Assembly (NCBI GenBank): GCA_003614675.1
Contig: ML002238.1
Location: 1-62,266 of the forward strand
DNA from: Dimargaris cristalligena
Lineage: Eukaryota
Reading direction: 5' to 3'
DNA length: 62,266 nucleotides
Shown here: in pieces, positions 1 to 13,800 of the stretch
Numbering within the stretch: the stretch's first letter is position 1
Layout of the letters: every line of letters starts with the position of its first letter
Made by a program: the position numbers and the translations under genes
Notes under the pieces: generated by a model
Database searches by the model: none
What the model was told of the DNA's origin: nothing
The model's input: the letters and a program-made list of their open reading frames with translations, nothing else

Positions 1-294
1 TATATACCTTAGTAGTATCCCCTCAGTTGAAGGGACAAGTTAGTTTCAAGATAAACAAATAAATATCTGTTTTAACTTCACCAGATGATACCGACAATTA
101 CCTTCATGCAGTTTTACTTTGATTGTTATTATCACCAGTTCTATTTTACTTTATTAGTTTCATCTATTCAGTTCGAAGCTTTGGTATTTCAGAGTACCAA
201 ATTGATTATACTGTTTAAGCATAACATTTTCCTCATAATGTTTATTTATTTTTACTTTAACAACTGACAATGCAAGCCGACGACATACGACGCA

Positions 295-860
295 ATGGCT
301 GACCAGAACACCAGCAGCGACTTCCCTAAGGCCACCTCGGTCTCGACCCCCCCGAACCCAGCAAAGCCCAATGTTCCGTATTACATGACAAAATATGGTG
401 AGCCGTCAAGTGGAAAGAAACCGGAGATTCCCCCTCCTGCCGACTCTCCCAAAGGCGCACCAGCGGAGTCCCTCAAATCATTGGTAACACATTAGGCAAG
501 GGATATACAGTAGGCACACTTACTAGTCAGATACAAGGGCAGTGAGCATATATAGGGTTTATTAGAGTAAACTAGGGGGTATAAATAATCTAAAGGATTA
601 AACTGGTCCCAATGGGGCCCAGTTATATATATATAGGGACAACTCTAGAGGGAGGCCCCAGGGGAAGAATACTACTAAGGCTAAGGTATAGTAAAATAGG
701 CTAACTGGATGGCCATTATGATCTGGAAGACTCTGATGGTAACCAGAAGAGTCTTCAGATTAGTACTTAAGTGATTAGTGCAAAGAGATAAAGTCTGGAA
801 GGGGAAAGGTTATATGGTATAGGGTGATCCCATAATACTGGGGGTGACCATGGGAAGGTT
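295..860 (+). pseudogene. Degenerate ORF of unknown origin (Pro/Ser-rich N-terminus followed by many in-frame stops)
   Basis: ORF 295-495 (MADQNTSSDFPK...) is CpG-rich up to 465. The same frame continues with repeated TAG/TAA/TGA stops in TpA-rich, CpG-free sequence. No recognisable domain. Confidence 0.35.
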
Positions 861-861
861 A

Positions 862-1005
862 ATATGGAAGAAATTCAAACCAGCTGTATAAGGTTTTACA
901 TAATATGTGTGTGGGTGAATACATATGAGAATATCTTTTAACCAGTAATATTGGCCTCATCTAATGGATTTTTCATTATACAGCCTAAATGAACTTCTCC
1001 CATAT
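862..1005. mobile_element. 144-bp MITE-like element, copy 1
   Basis: Near-identical to 26167-26310 and 39590-39733. Imperfect ~30-bp terminal inverted repeats: ATATGGAAGAAATTCAAACCAGCTGTATAA versus the reverse complement of the right end, ATATGGGAGAAGTTCATTTAGGCTGTATAA (23/30 match). Non-coding. Confidence 0.85.
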
Positions 1006-1177
1006 GGCACTATAAGGCCTAATTGGGATAAACACTAAGGTGTCTGAATTAAGGTAGATTAAATAGTCCAACAGTCACTGACCAACTTTTATCACCTCAT
1101 TTTTTCTGTGGAAATCCACATTTCAATTTACATGACCATACCCCCTAACCTAACCTACCCCACTTGCCCTAATAGTT

Positions 1178-2441
1178 ATGTATACCCCCTCTCTAAAATG
1201 GATTACTCTGTCCCTGAGCTTAATGGTTGCAGCTAGTCAGGGGGCTTTAATCCAATCCCAGGGCAAGCCTATATCCCAATTAGCCAAGAGTGCATCACCC
1301 AAAGTAAGTAACCTGGTCCATTATCCAATCCTAACTACTTATCCCAATGCCCAGCTAGTTGAGATCCCTGGGTTTCAGATTAATTTAGATTGAAGCATCT
1401 TGACATCAGCTGTAATTAAATATTGATTTTAAACTCCTCAATTTCTATTATCCATTTTACTTGTACAGCTAGGCCATTGGACTGAGTCCAACCAACTGCA
1501 AGAAGCTAACTGAGCTGGCAAAGAAATTCCAGATTAGCATGGGTGACAACTTCAAGGACAACTAGGGTGATAACTCAGAGAGTAATCCAGTGGTCTATGA
1601 TACTGACTTACCTAAGAGTATCCTGGGGTGGATTAGCAATAACCTTACAACTCACACAATTATAGCTAATGCACCTTCTATTGACAACCAACCTAAGGCC
1701 TGGGCATTTGACTGGTGTCAACTAAATGATGACCAAAAGAGTCAAAAGTTCCCCCTCTTATGGTGTGCACCTTGGAAACTGGATGAAGCTCTGGCCTATG
1801 TCAAGGGTATCCAATGGCTGTGGGGTAGCAAAGGCATCAACTTGGTAGACTTCTAGGTCAAGGAATTAAGTGCCAGTGCCCCAAACATACAGCTGGACTT
1901 TGACACATTTAAGAAATACATTGAATAAACATTAGTCAATCAAGTATTTCTAGCCATCACCACCAACCCCAATAACAACACCATTTTGGAGGAGGTGCTA
2001 GACAAAATCTGGGACATGGTTGTTGACCAACAAGTCAGGACAGCTGTAATTCACCATATGTCTAAACCTCTTAAAACCACTTCTACCTTTGGGAAAGGGT
2101 GGTTAAAGGAGTCTCCTGATTTGCAACAACCAATAATAATATGCTGTGATACCCTTGGTTATAATAATGCCAGGCTGCGTCTGGATGAGCTTTCTAAGAG
2201 CACTCCAGATAAGGGCGAATTACACATGACAAAACCACTTGATGAAAAATCCTGCCACAGGATTCTAGGAATTGAGATGGGTGACATTTTGCCATTTACC
2301 AAAGCTCAAAAGTCGTTCACAGTGTGGCTAATTGACAACAAGGCAGTCCAGCCATCGACTGGAGGCTGGGCTTCAAACTTCAGAATGGTTACCAAAGACT
2401 GGACTTCAAAAATCAGCAGCTGGTTTACTAGTCACAGTTAA
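1178..2441 (+). pseudogene. Pseudogene of a secreted protein (two exons, three premature stops)
   Basis: Signal-peptide-like start MYTPSLKWITLSLSLMVAASQG. GTAAGT donor at 1304 and CTAG acceptor at 1472. Exon 2 (1473-2441) keeps one frame joining the 1590 and 1986 ORFs, broken only by TAG 1563, TAG 1854 and TAA 1926. Confidence 0.6.
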
Positions 2442-3449
2442 AGGCCAGTTGACAGGGCACACCCAGTGAGCACCTGCTTTGTTTTTTTAGTTTTATTTTA
2501 ATTTTTTAAAAAAAAGCTCTTGACATACAAGGCCGTTTAGTTATAGTAATAGTATGAGCACAGAACCACTGCTATGTAGTTAGCTGAGGGTTCAATATCA
2601 ACCAGCTGAGGTCCTGGGCTGCTTTATATGGTAGTATGTGTAATGCACATACCTACCAAAATATCCGATAGTTATTATCCTAGTAAACCACGCCAGCTAT
2701 TTATTGACATAGATATATTGGTGCGCTAATGATGCCAATGATACAAGAAAGAGGGACCAGAGCGAAGTGTATCTTTATAATACGGCCGGTGGGGGGGAGT
2801 ATATAGGATGATTGGAATACCCACAAGAGTCGGGATAGTTAATATTTAGCTAGCTAACTACTGGCAGTTATGGCCAAGGGGGAAGTCAAGCATTATTAGC
2901 CGACTTAGACCCACATGTCGCTAATAAGTACAGGGATAGGTGAATTAAGGAACATTATATTCATGCATAGACCTCCCTATTTGTCAGCAATCGCCGAGAT
3001 AGGCTTATACAGGAGGGTCACAGACTAAATTGGTTCAAGGTGTCAACCGCTGATGGACGAAGGCCTCCCCCATCTTGCTCTAAGGTGGTGGAGAGAGGAC
3101 TGCTTTTCCTGGTAGGTTTCAGCTAATACCACCGCCGCCCTATACTAACTAGTACCCCCCCTGCTATATCAATTTTGCTTGTGAAGAAGGGTCTCCGCTC
3201 TCTTAACTAGGACGCACTGGCTCGTGTTAAATTGATATCCCGGGCCAAGCTTAGCAAATTTAATAACGCCCATCGCCATCCTTTATCTTCCCAGCTGCTC
3301 TCCCCCTTTGGTTGCTGCTGCACTCTCCCCTTCTCACTACAGCCCGGTTTCATAACCCTCCTGACATTGCCACAACCTCCCCCTCATTCACTTCCCAAGT
3401 TCCCGATACTCGCTCATTCCCCCCTCGCCCTTTTATTCAGTCTCCCACC

Positions 3450-6039
3450 ATGTCCGCCACTTCGCTACTAGCTCGGCAGAGCCGGCCCTACGACATTGTC
3501 GGTAAGCAGCGAAGTCGCCCCTTTACTGGATTTGTATCTTTCGACTTAACAACCGCTTTTTTAGACCTCAGCGTTCTCGAATTAAACATGCCCTTGCCCC
3601 CTCCCAACTTACTCTATAACCTATATATATATTACTGTCCACACCCATTACCTCCCCCCATCCAGTTTGGGGCGCCACCGGCTTCACAGGAAAATACATT
3701 GCCGAATACCTTCTCCGCGAAGGGCCGCAGGTAAGGGGGATAAGCACAGACTAATTTTTGGTATTATCCAAGTTAAAATAGGCGAGCGTACGAAGTAGAG
3801 GGGGCTGCGGTGTTTGCTATTTTCGTTCGAATAGATTACACTGGAGGAGCCAGAAAGGCCGGTGTTCTGGGTATACTCCACCGTCCTTTGGAGCGCCTCC
3901 TCAGGCAAAACTCTACTCCACCCCACCGCCTGATGATCGGCGAGCTCTCCTTCCACAAGGCCATGGATTTAATATGCCACTCATATACCTTATCTTAAGG
4001 CGGGCTGTAATTCACCCCTGTATGTGTTTCCCCCAATAGAATCTCAAATTTGCCATCGCGGGCCGTAACAAGTCCAAGCTCATTGCCACTCAGGAGAGCC
4101 TTGGGGAATCCTACCCTAATGCCCTAAAGGTAATTTAATTCAAATGAAACGGACTTATCAAGAGGCCAGGTGGAGAAAATGCACATGGTGGTTTTATAAT
4201 AATACCATTTGAAGTTTAGTGGTACCGTGCTCTCTTACCGCTGACTGCCCTCGATTTCACTTAACCCAACAATTATGAGACACCTTTATCATCACTCACT
4301 CACTCTTATTACCCCTTCCCTTGGTGTACCCATCTGCAGCTGCCCCTCATCATCGCCGATAGTGCCAATGACGACCTGCTACAGGCCATGGCCAGGCAGA
4401 GCCGGGTGGTAATTTCCACGGTTGGCCCTTTCCTGCAGTACGGCGAGCCTTTGGTGCGCGCCTGTGCCCAGGAGGGGACTGACTACGTAGATATTACGGG
4501 CGAAGCCATCTGGGTGAAGCTGATGGCCGCCAAGTACCACGATTTGGCCGTACGAAACCAGGCTCTGATCGTTTCGTGTTGCGGCTTTGACTCCATTCCA
4601 TCCGACCTGGGCGTGTTCATGTAAGTAGCGACAATCTACACTAAGAAATCCGTTGTTACGGCATAAATTGGGGGTTGCATCATTACCATGAGCCCCGTGA
4701 TCATTTTCTCCTTGACAAACCTCCTAGACCCTTCTTACTTACCCCTTGGCTGAGAACCTTCCCCGCATGACATATCCCTTTACTCCCAACTGACCCGGCT
4801 ATGGTATACAATAGGGTCGTCGACTACATCAAGAAACGCTACGGCAAGGACACGGGTGCTGTGAAGGGGTCCATGGTTCAGCTTAAAGGTGGACTCAGCG
4901 GCGGCACCCTGGCCTCGGCCGTGGAGTCCATTTCTAATGGGGACAACCACATGAAACAGCTCGCCAGGATTTCGAAAGGTAAGTGACAATGTAGGTTATA
5001 ACCCCATGGTCAGCTCACCACCATTCAAATAGAGCAACTCGGCCGTATTATTTGAACCCATCCACCGACTTGCCTTCCCTTAACCAAGTAATATTACTTT
5101 ACCACTGCTCGGAATATTGGTAATATGCGATACACCTTTCTCTGCGAATCCCTGTAGATTCCAAGCCCAAACAACCCCGCCCTAAAAATATGCCCGGCGC
5201 TCCGTCCAAGTACCCTGTCTACTTTGACAACGACTTTGGTAAATGGCAGGGTTTCTTCTTCATGGCCCCTACCAACACGTCTGTTGTCCGATCTTCGAGC
5301 CATAACCGTAACTACGGACCTCTTTTCCGTTACGAGTAAGTCGACTCACTGCACAGTGTACACTGGCATCATTGTCCGCTATTTTGATATCGTATAGTAC
5401 GGCCCCCCCTGTTTCGATCTCCTTTGACATTCAACTAGCAATTTAGATTGTTATTTTAAAAGCCATTCTTTCGTCGGGCCACGGCTAACTCGCTTACTTA
5501 TTTTTATCTCACCCCCTCCTCAAAATTCATTTTATGTATGGCCAATTAGCGAGTCTTTGTCCTTTAAGAGTGCCTGGTCCTCGACCACGACGACCCTTGG
5601 TCTGATCTTTGCCTATTTCATGGTGAAGTTTTCGCCGACTCGCTGGCTATTGATGAAATTCCTACCTGCGCCGGGAGAAGGTCCCAGCCGGGCGGATATC
5701 GAAAAAGGGCACTTTACCCACCGCGTAGTGGGCCAGGCGGCCCCTGTTCCTACCTATTCGAACAACGCGAAGGCCACCGAGGACCCAAAACAGCCGAAGC
5801 AGGCCCCCGAAAGAGCTTACGCCGAGGTCGTGGGTACCAGCGACCCCGGGTATGGTGAAACAATCAAATATGTAGCCGAGTCGGCTCTGTGCCTCGCCTT
5901 CAATCGTGAACAGGTGGCTGCCGAAGGCGGTGTGCTGTCCCCCGCCGCCGCTATGGGTGAGGCGCTATTGACTCGGTTCCGTCAGAAGGGGATGCGCTTT
6001 ACGGTCAGCAATGAACCCTTCTTGAAAGCCAAGATATAA
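3450..6039 (+). CDS. Saccharopine dehydrogenase-like oxidoreductase (SCCPDH family), 7 exons
   Basis: Exons 3450-3501, 3666-3730, 4040-4129, 4340-4620, 4815-4978, 5158-5335 and 5550-6039 splice in frame with GT-AG. Motifs YDIVVWGATGFTG, AIAGRN, STVGPF..YGEP, DYVDITGE, CGFDSIPSDLG, SGGTLAS, PGEGPS, DPGYGET and GGVLSPA. Confidence 0.9.
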
Positions 6040-8499
6040 AAAATAAGGGAATATGGCAGTGGCACGATGTTATTTCCGCTTCCCCGTTTTTTTTTTCATT
6101 GCTGCTCGCTATATCCCGCTTCCGATATTTCCTTTCGGACGAAGCCTCCCAATTATGGCACCATGGGCAGGTTGTTTTTTTTTCCAATTTTTTTCTTCAT
6201 TGGTGCATATTATTGAATTCGGGGTTTACATTTACCTGCCATGTAGGGTAACGGCATTGGACACGGGCCCAAGGCCCCCCCCTGGCATAAGGATTGTGGT
6301 ATATACTCTGACTGCTACCTTAGTCACGTATACCTAGGCCTGCGTAACTACTATATAGTTTTACTTAACCTTAAATAGGATGTAAATACATCAACCTACC
6401 ACTACCAGTGGGCAAACGTGACATCCCCCCAAATACAACAGGGGATAGAGAGATGATCTGAATGGAATGCAACGGGATACCTTCCCTGGATCTTGTATTT
6501 TACGCTATTATTCACAATCGGGAAAACTTAAGCAACGTATGATGGCGCCTGCAACATAGTCATGGGGGGGAGGGATTGCGCCCCCCCTCCCTGTTACCCC
6601 TTGTATACATTGCCTTCTGGTGGGCTTTACTCGGCATTCTAGTTCATGTAATCTCCCCCGAGGTCTTAAAATATGTTAAAAAGGGAAGCCAAATGAGTGA
6701 ATGGGAATGATGTATTCGAGACTATTAGATTATGTTTTTAGAGTCGCTTCGACCATAGGTGTCGAATTACCCATGGACTACGGTTTTGGCTGGGGTGTCG
6801 TACTAATATCTCGCAACCGCGGAAGCTGTCGACCGACTTTGGTTGTTATGGGCTATATAATACCCAGTGGCATACCTGCTATGTCTTAGACGGGACGGTA
6901 TTTACCTTCTTTAAAACTATGGAACCTATCGGCAACATGTCATAATGGCTAAACCAGACATGTCCGCCGCGGTTTATAGAGGTGGCGGAGAAAAAAGGCG
7001 GTGTTGAGGGGCAGGAGGCGTTCCAGAGACAATTCGACCAGACCAGTCGACCCTTATAATTCGAAATACGAGGAATAGCTATCGAGGGACACAGCACATG
7101 GCTATTCACCCATATGATTAGGGGAGAGTTGAGGGTGGTGTGCGTGGATGTGGACGTGGATGTGAAAGATACGGAGGCAGACCTCTGAGGTTTAAACAAC
7201 CACTCCATCTCCTTGAGTTTTGAAAGAAGATGGGGGACATATCTAAATTAATGGTCTAACCTTGCCCAATCTTGGCCGGGTGCATATAACAGAGTGTAAA
7301 CTAAGAATAGTATGACCCACGTCCACAAATTACTTTTCTATACGCAAATATAGCCAGATAGAAGTAACGGTTCGAAACTTTAACTGTCCCAGTCCATTGG
7401 CCGACCCTAGTGCGGTGAACATTGGAGCATAAATCACGGACTTGCACCGCATCTATATAAACGATGCCTTAGCCCACATGCTTCCTCTCCGTGTTAGCGG
7501 GAATGGCTGAAACGCCAGTGTCGCACCACCGCGATGTCTTCTCGGAAAAGTGGGCTAATCCGCAAAGCCACACGTCAATATCGGCTAGGGGCTATCGATA
7601 CGCCCCGATTAGCATATCAGTCTAGACATATACGTGCATTTCCTAGGTGTGAAAGAGAGTAAAGGGGTTGGCGTAGGTAAGGATGCACCCCCCCTCCCCC
7701 CATCCCCATGCGGTCGAGAATACGGTAGAAGTCGACGGTCCTCCGTCAAATCTAATTAGCCACCATCATTTTTGGGAGTTGGCTGGAGCGTATAATATTT
7801 TATTGGTGATTTACTTGTGGTCAGTTGGCAATGCATTCCTTGAATCGGTTAAGAAAGGGGCCCTGTCTCTAGCCAAGCTAGGCCAAGTTAGTGGTTTGCA
7901 AGGGGAAGGGGCGCATGTGGCCTAATGAATGACAAGTGGGGTTGTCGAGACGCGACATTCGTACCCGACTGGCAGGCACTTCAACTCGGGTTTTGCTCGG
8001 TACAAATGGCCCATCCGATCCAATACGTACATAGACCCTCGACGAATAGCTACCATTCTGAAACTATAAATATTCCACAGCGGCCCTCTATTTTATTCCG
8101 CAATTCATTAATATCCCCCCATTTCTTATATCATAAGTATTGTTTTACATATTATCGATACATATCTTAAAGTCCTCTGGACCGTATATCACCTCACCAA
8201 TATTGCCCATTATTCACCACTTATACCCCCTTCAGTTTTGTGACCTTATGTCGATATTACCAGTTTTTCTATAGTCTGACTCAGTTTCCCATTGTCTCTA
8301 GTTGTCATTATTCATATCTCATGGTTTGATCCAAGCACTGGATCCCCATAAACCTATACATTGCAAACACTGCTGGCCAAATATATTCTTCTAGTTGCAA
8401 TTATCGTTGTCCATAACTAGTTAGTTCATTTCATAATTATTCATTGATTCCCCCCTTTTTTTTATTATCCCAATATTAACTTGCAATTTTTATTTAACC

Positions 8500-9622
8500 A
8501 TGAAGTCGAGTCTTACTTATCTTCTGACTGCTTGTTACGCCGCCGCTGTGGCTAGTCAGCCCACGGGCAGTAGTGACAAACTCGGCCATGAGCGGTCCCT
8601 CATTCAGGTCGGGGAGTCCCACATCCCCATCTGGATGATGGAGCAGGAAGTACTCGGTCTGATCCGCAGCAAAAAAACCTTCATGGATATCACTGGGGTT
8701 GCCCCATCCTGTCCCCAAGAACAACCTGCTACCCGCGATGGTCTACCCAACCGAACCGCGGCAAAAGGCCGTCGTGCAGGAGATCCACCAACTCCTCTCG
8801 CCGGACAGCATGCGCATCTTCCTTACCACCTTTTCGAGTTTCCCAAACCGGTACTGCCGGTCGCACTATGGCGTGAAGTCTTCCGACTGGCTGTACAACA
8901 CCGTGGCCGAATTAATCAAGAATAACCGTGGTACTTTGAACGTGTCCCAGCGGCGGGTACCCCATCGCCGCATCAGCCAACAAAGTATCGTGGTGCGCAT
9001 CGAAGGTCAGGGTAACTTGGCCTCCGAAGTCGTGGTCGTCGGGGCCCATCAGGATTCCATTAACCAGGCGAACCCTTACATGGGCCGGTCCCCCGGCGCC
9101 GACGACGACGGTAGTGGTAGTACCACTATTTTTGAAACCCTGTCGGCTCTCCTGCGGGCCCAGTACCAACCGGCCCGCAGTTTGGAATTCCACTGGTACG
9201 CCGGCGAAGAAATCGGCCTGGTGGGTTCCCAGGACATAGCCCAGGACTACGCTAACCGAAATGTCAATGTGCGGGCTATGCTCCAACTCGACATGACCGG
9301 TTTCACCGACCACAGCGGTAATATGGGTATCGTGACCGATTTCGTTCACCCCGAATTAACCCAGTTTACGCGCCAGTTGGTCCACACTTACTCCAATTTA
9401 ACCGCTCTGGACTTCCAGTGCGGATACGCTTGTTCCGACCACGCGTCGTGGAGTAAGTACGGGTTCCCCTCAGCTATGCCCTTTGAAAGCAACGAGATGG
9501 AACTCAATCCGTATATTCATTCCGATAAGGACACAGTTGAAACCGTCGACTTTGACCACATGCTTCAATTCGCCAAGATTGCTACTGGATTCGCAGTCGA
9601 GTTGACGCATACCTCAGAGTGA
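8500..9622 (+). CDS. Secreted M28 leucine aminopeptidase (LapA/Lap1-like) with a +1 frameshift at 8695-8698
   Basis: Signal peptide and propeptide ending FMDITG in one frame. The catalytic domain (GAHQDS, SPGADDDGSG, HWYAGEEIGL.GS, QLDMTG, CGYACSDHASW, PYIHS) is in the next frame. Removing one G from GGGG gives FMDITGLPHPVPK and a single ORF. Confidence 0.88.
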
Positions 9623-10883
9623 GATGGGCAATGAGAAACCATCGCGGTTAACTATGTATCAATTATCGAAATTTATATATATATATCGATATATATTATT
9701 TAATCTAGCCGTTCGTGGCTGACGACACTATTCATTTACATATCCATTATTTACCCAGTTCTATACTTATTTAGATTACCGAGCTTACTGGAATCCGTAT
9801 TGCTCTTATAATGTGAAGCTGACATGATTAGTTGGTGATACCCTGGAACCCTCCTGGATTACTTTTGCTTTTATCTTAAAATTATACGTTTTTACTCACG
9901 ACATTATTATTATATACACTCTTCAGCAGTTTGCTTAAGTTTTAAGTGTCGATTTCGATTTTGATTTTTCCACCAATTTTCTTTTTATTTATTTTTTTAC
10001 ATTATAAGAGTAAAAACTCCAAAAAAATAATAAAACCCCACGAACGGCATACCATTGTGAAGTATTATGATCCTCGAAACTGTGAGTAATCGGGGAATGG
10101 GGATCACGAAAAGGAACATATACATATATATATCGTGCTTTAATAGAGCCACAAAACAACTATAATTGTTTAAATTGGTATGGACTCTACCGCACAGGAT
10201 AATAATATAACAGTCCATGTAAATAGGGCGTACCGTAGGGTAGTGGCTAATATCCATCTACCAGCTATTATATATAAAAAACCATAAATCGCCCTTTCGA
10301 GTGGATTAATGGTAGATTTAGGACTAAAAGAGGTAGGCTAGAAGTGCCTTTCGAATCAGAACACTGCGTTTATAACACGGATAATTATTGTATACGTCGT
10401 TGAGAGTGCTAATTACCCCTGTCCCCCTTTAAATTTTCAATGGGAAAGTAGTGAACCCAAGTAACTTGGGGTTCTCCAGGCAATATGGGAAAAAGGATTG
10501 GGGCACCAGAGCCAATAGGACGAGGAGCCTTACAAGTGTAAACAAACCTTGCTGTACCCTCCACTAAAAGTCAACACATTGGCGAATGGGGAAGTGAAGA
10601 TCTACTCGCCTTATATGAAACCAACACTCCCTTAGACTTGCAGATTTTTAGAGCTATTGAACCCTTATTTCACCCCATTGTACTATCTTTTGCTTCCCTA
10701 TTTGACTTCCGACGCCCATTCACTTAGTCTTACGCTACATTTACCACCTGTCGCTCCACACGACACCAGTACTTTACTAGCTCACGTCCAACGGATTACC
10801 ACGGCCAACCCGTAAAATCACCCCGACAGCCAGTGCAGAGACTACCCACACCCCCATTGGCCAACGTATTACCAGTTTCCGCC

Positions 10884-13800
10884 ATGACGGATGTTAGCGA
10901 TGTTGATAAGCAAAATCTGATCGACGCCCGGCTGGGCTTCGTCCGTTACCAGGAAGGCCCCGAAAAACTAGGCTGGCTCGTTAATATGCAGGCAGTAAGT
11001 CACCTCTCCTTTTATCTGCTGTTGTTTTTTTAAAAAAAGCCATAGTCAGACGGACTTTGAGCTTTTACGACCAGTAGAAACCCCCCTACAGTTCTAGGTT
11101 TAAAACCTGCGGATTGATACCATGTGGATGCCAATTAAGCACCTCGATACGGTCTAACTGGTTTATATTCCCGGGCCTGACTTATCCCCTTACTCTACCT
11201 AAACAACCCCCTGATTAATCGATAGACCTCCGTGTTAGGCGCCGATAAGAAAACCGTTCGTTCCGCTGTGGATCTCTATTTTTTACAAGACGACGGCGAA
11301 TACTTCAAGTGTACCTTCATGTACAATCCCTACTTCTATGTGATGTGCAAGGTAAGGCTCGATTTATAGATATTCTTACTGGGCAACCGAATTGATCTTC
11401 AAGCACTGTCCAACACAAGTCGGTTTTCCGAAGCCGTGTCTGGGTTATTGCCAAATCTAAGTGATCTTAATGCAAACCTACTTACTATATTCTTGACTTT
11501 GTTCATTTTGGTTATGTAGCCCGGGACCGAGGCCGACGTCGATGAATATGTCCGCCGACGGTTCGAGAAAACAATCGTCAATGTGCATAAAGTGAAAAAA
11601 GTTGATCTAAACCAAGTAAGTGACTAACTATTACCGATATGTTCTAAATAAATCAGACATTAGTATCGTTGCCAACGAGTTTTTCTTAAAGAGCCTTGGA
11701 TTTGGGGATATCAAACCCAATACCATTTCCGTATTTTTGGGGGGTTAATTGACTACGAGTACTGTTTCCTTACAAATTCAGGGAATACTGACCCATACGT
11801 ACATACACCCACTTTCCGAAACTCGACTTTGTAGCCCAACCATCTGGCCGAGCCACCTCGCGTATTACTCAAGCTGGAGTTTTTAAACGTCCAGGACTTA
11901 CTCACAGTACGGCGGTCCCTCGACCCAATCGTAAAGCGTAACCGGGAAAAGTCACAGGTGATCGACACCTACACAGACATGCTGAGGTAGGGTAGCTGGT
12001 AATATTATCCACGGACTCGAGCACAGTGTTATAAATCGAATCGTCTTTTTCAATGTAGTCGCTAATTGTTTCCCCTGGACTTACCTCGTTAACTGTCCCT
12101 CCATCAACACTCCTCCCTTTTGTAGTCACCGCTCAAATCCCGTAGGATCAAGAATTGTGGATCCGGCCGACTGTATCCTTGACTTGCGGGAATATGACGT
12201 GCCCTACTATGTCCGTGTTGCCATTGATCAAAGTAAGTCCACGGTGGAATGCTTCCTACTTACAATCTAATTATTCAGACCACCCTTGTCACAATCAAAG
12301 CCAACAATACCCGTCTCAACGACAACTTGATGTCCAATACCCACCACCACCTACGTGTATGCCCTTTTCGTTGGATTAAATGTAAAACAATGAACCACAG
12401 ATATTCGTGTTGGTCTATGGTACGAAGTTAAAGTACTTACCGCTGGTGAGGTTCAGATCAAGAACCGGCCGGACTTGGTTAAACGTGCTGAACCAGTCGT
12501 CCTAGCTTTCGATATCGAAACCACCAAATTACCTCTCAAGTTTCCCGACGCCAGCATCGATATGATTATGATGATATCCTACATGATCGATGGCCAGGTA
12601 AGTGCAATATCTCGATTCCTAAATGCGAGTATTAAACGACCCGGTTCATCCATCGGCCTTTCTTGCGATCTGATTATTTGGCAGCCGAATCCCTCACCCA
12701 CGCATTCTCGATGAACTATAATGGCGCATGGATAGTGTCTGGTAGAGTCTTAGTGATTAACCACTATATTTTATACACCGCCTGTTGGTTTTTCTTATCT
12801 AATGTTATCTAGGGATACTTAATCACTAACCGCGAAATCGTTTCGCAAGACATTGAGGATTTCGAATACACTCCCAAGCCCGAGTATGAAGGCCCTTTCA
12901 TTATTTTCAACGAGAAGAACGAAAAGGCCCTTCTAAGACGCTTTTTTGAACACATTCAAGAAGCTAAACCAACTGTGGTAGCCACTTACAACGGCGACCT
13001 GTTCGATTGGCCCTTTGTGGAGGCACGTTCTGTCGTTCACGGTTTTGACATATACCAGGTAAGGCCCAGCTTTTTTTGGAATATTTTCCAAACTACCTTC
13101 AAGAATATACTGGGTCGGAATATAAATTCGCCGTAGCCCTTGATGTGTTTAGCAGCAAACCTTTATACTGTTGGGTGATGGGGGTTGAATGGGCCTAATC
13201 GGCGATAATCCTTCGACTATGCGAGTATCCCCTAAGGTCGAAATTGCCCGCGAGGGCACTTGGTTCTCAGGACATGGTGATACTATCATATTTTTACTAA
13301 TTGACTTGGGGATTTTCAACCTACTCACTAACGGCTTTTATCTTCACATTCCATCTCATACTCCGTGCTTGAACCGGCCCGCTGACATTTATAGGAAACC
13401 GGTTTTTACAAAGACAACCAAAATGAGTATAAAAGTAAGAGCGCGATTCACATGGACTGTTTCCGGTGGGTCAAGCGAGACAGTTATTTGCCGGCGGGTA
13501 GTCACGGCCTCAAGGCGGTCACTACGGCCAAACTGGGCTATAACCCCATGGAACTGGACCCGGAGGACATGACGCCTTTCGCGAATGAACAACCCCAAAC
13601 CCTAGCCCAGTACTCCGTCTCCGATGCCGTGGCCACGTATTATTTGTACATGAAGTACGTTCACCCATTCATCTTCTCGCTGTGCAACGTTATCCCGCTC
13701 ATTGGCGATGAAGTGTTGCGTAAAGGAAGCGGTACCCTGTGCGAAATGTTGCTCATGGTGGAGGCCTACGATGGTAATATCCTGATGCCTAACAAGCACC

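Noticed and set aside
1531-1543. AGATTAGCATGG resembling U6 snRNA
   Set aside because: No upstream ACAGAGA box, and it lies within the pseudogene exon.
3731-4039. Partly self-complementary SCCPDH intron 2 as a TPP riboswitch or hammerhead ribozyme
   Set aside because: It lacks the CUGAGA and downstream TPP consensus, and CTGATGA is not followed by a properly placed GAAA core.
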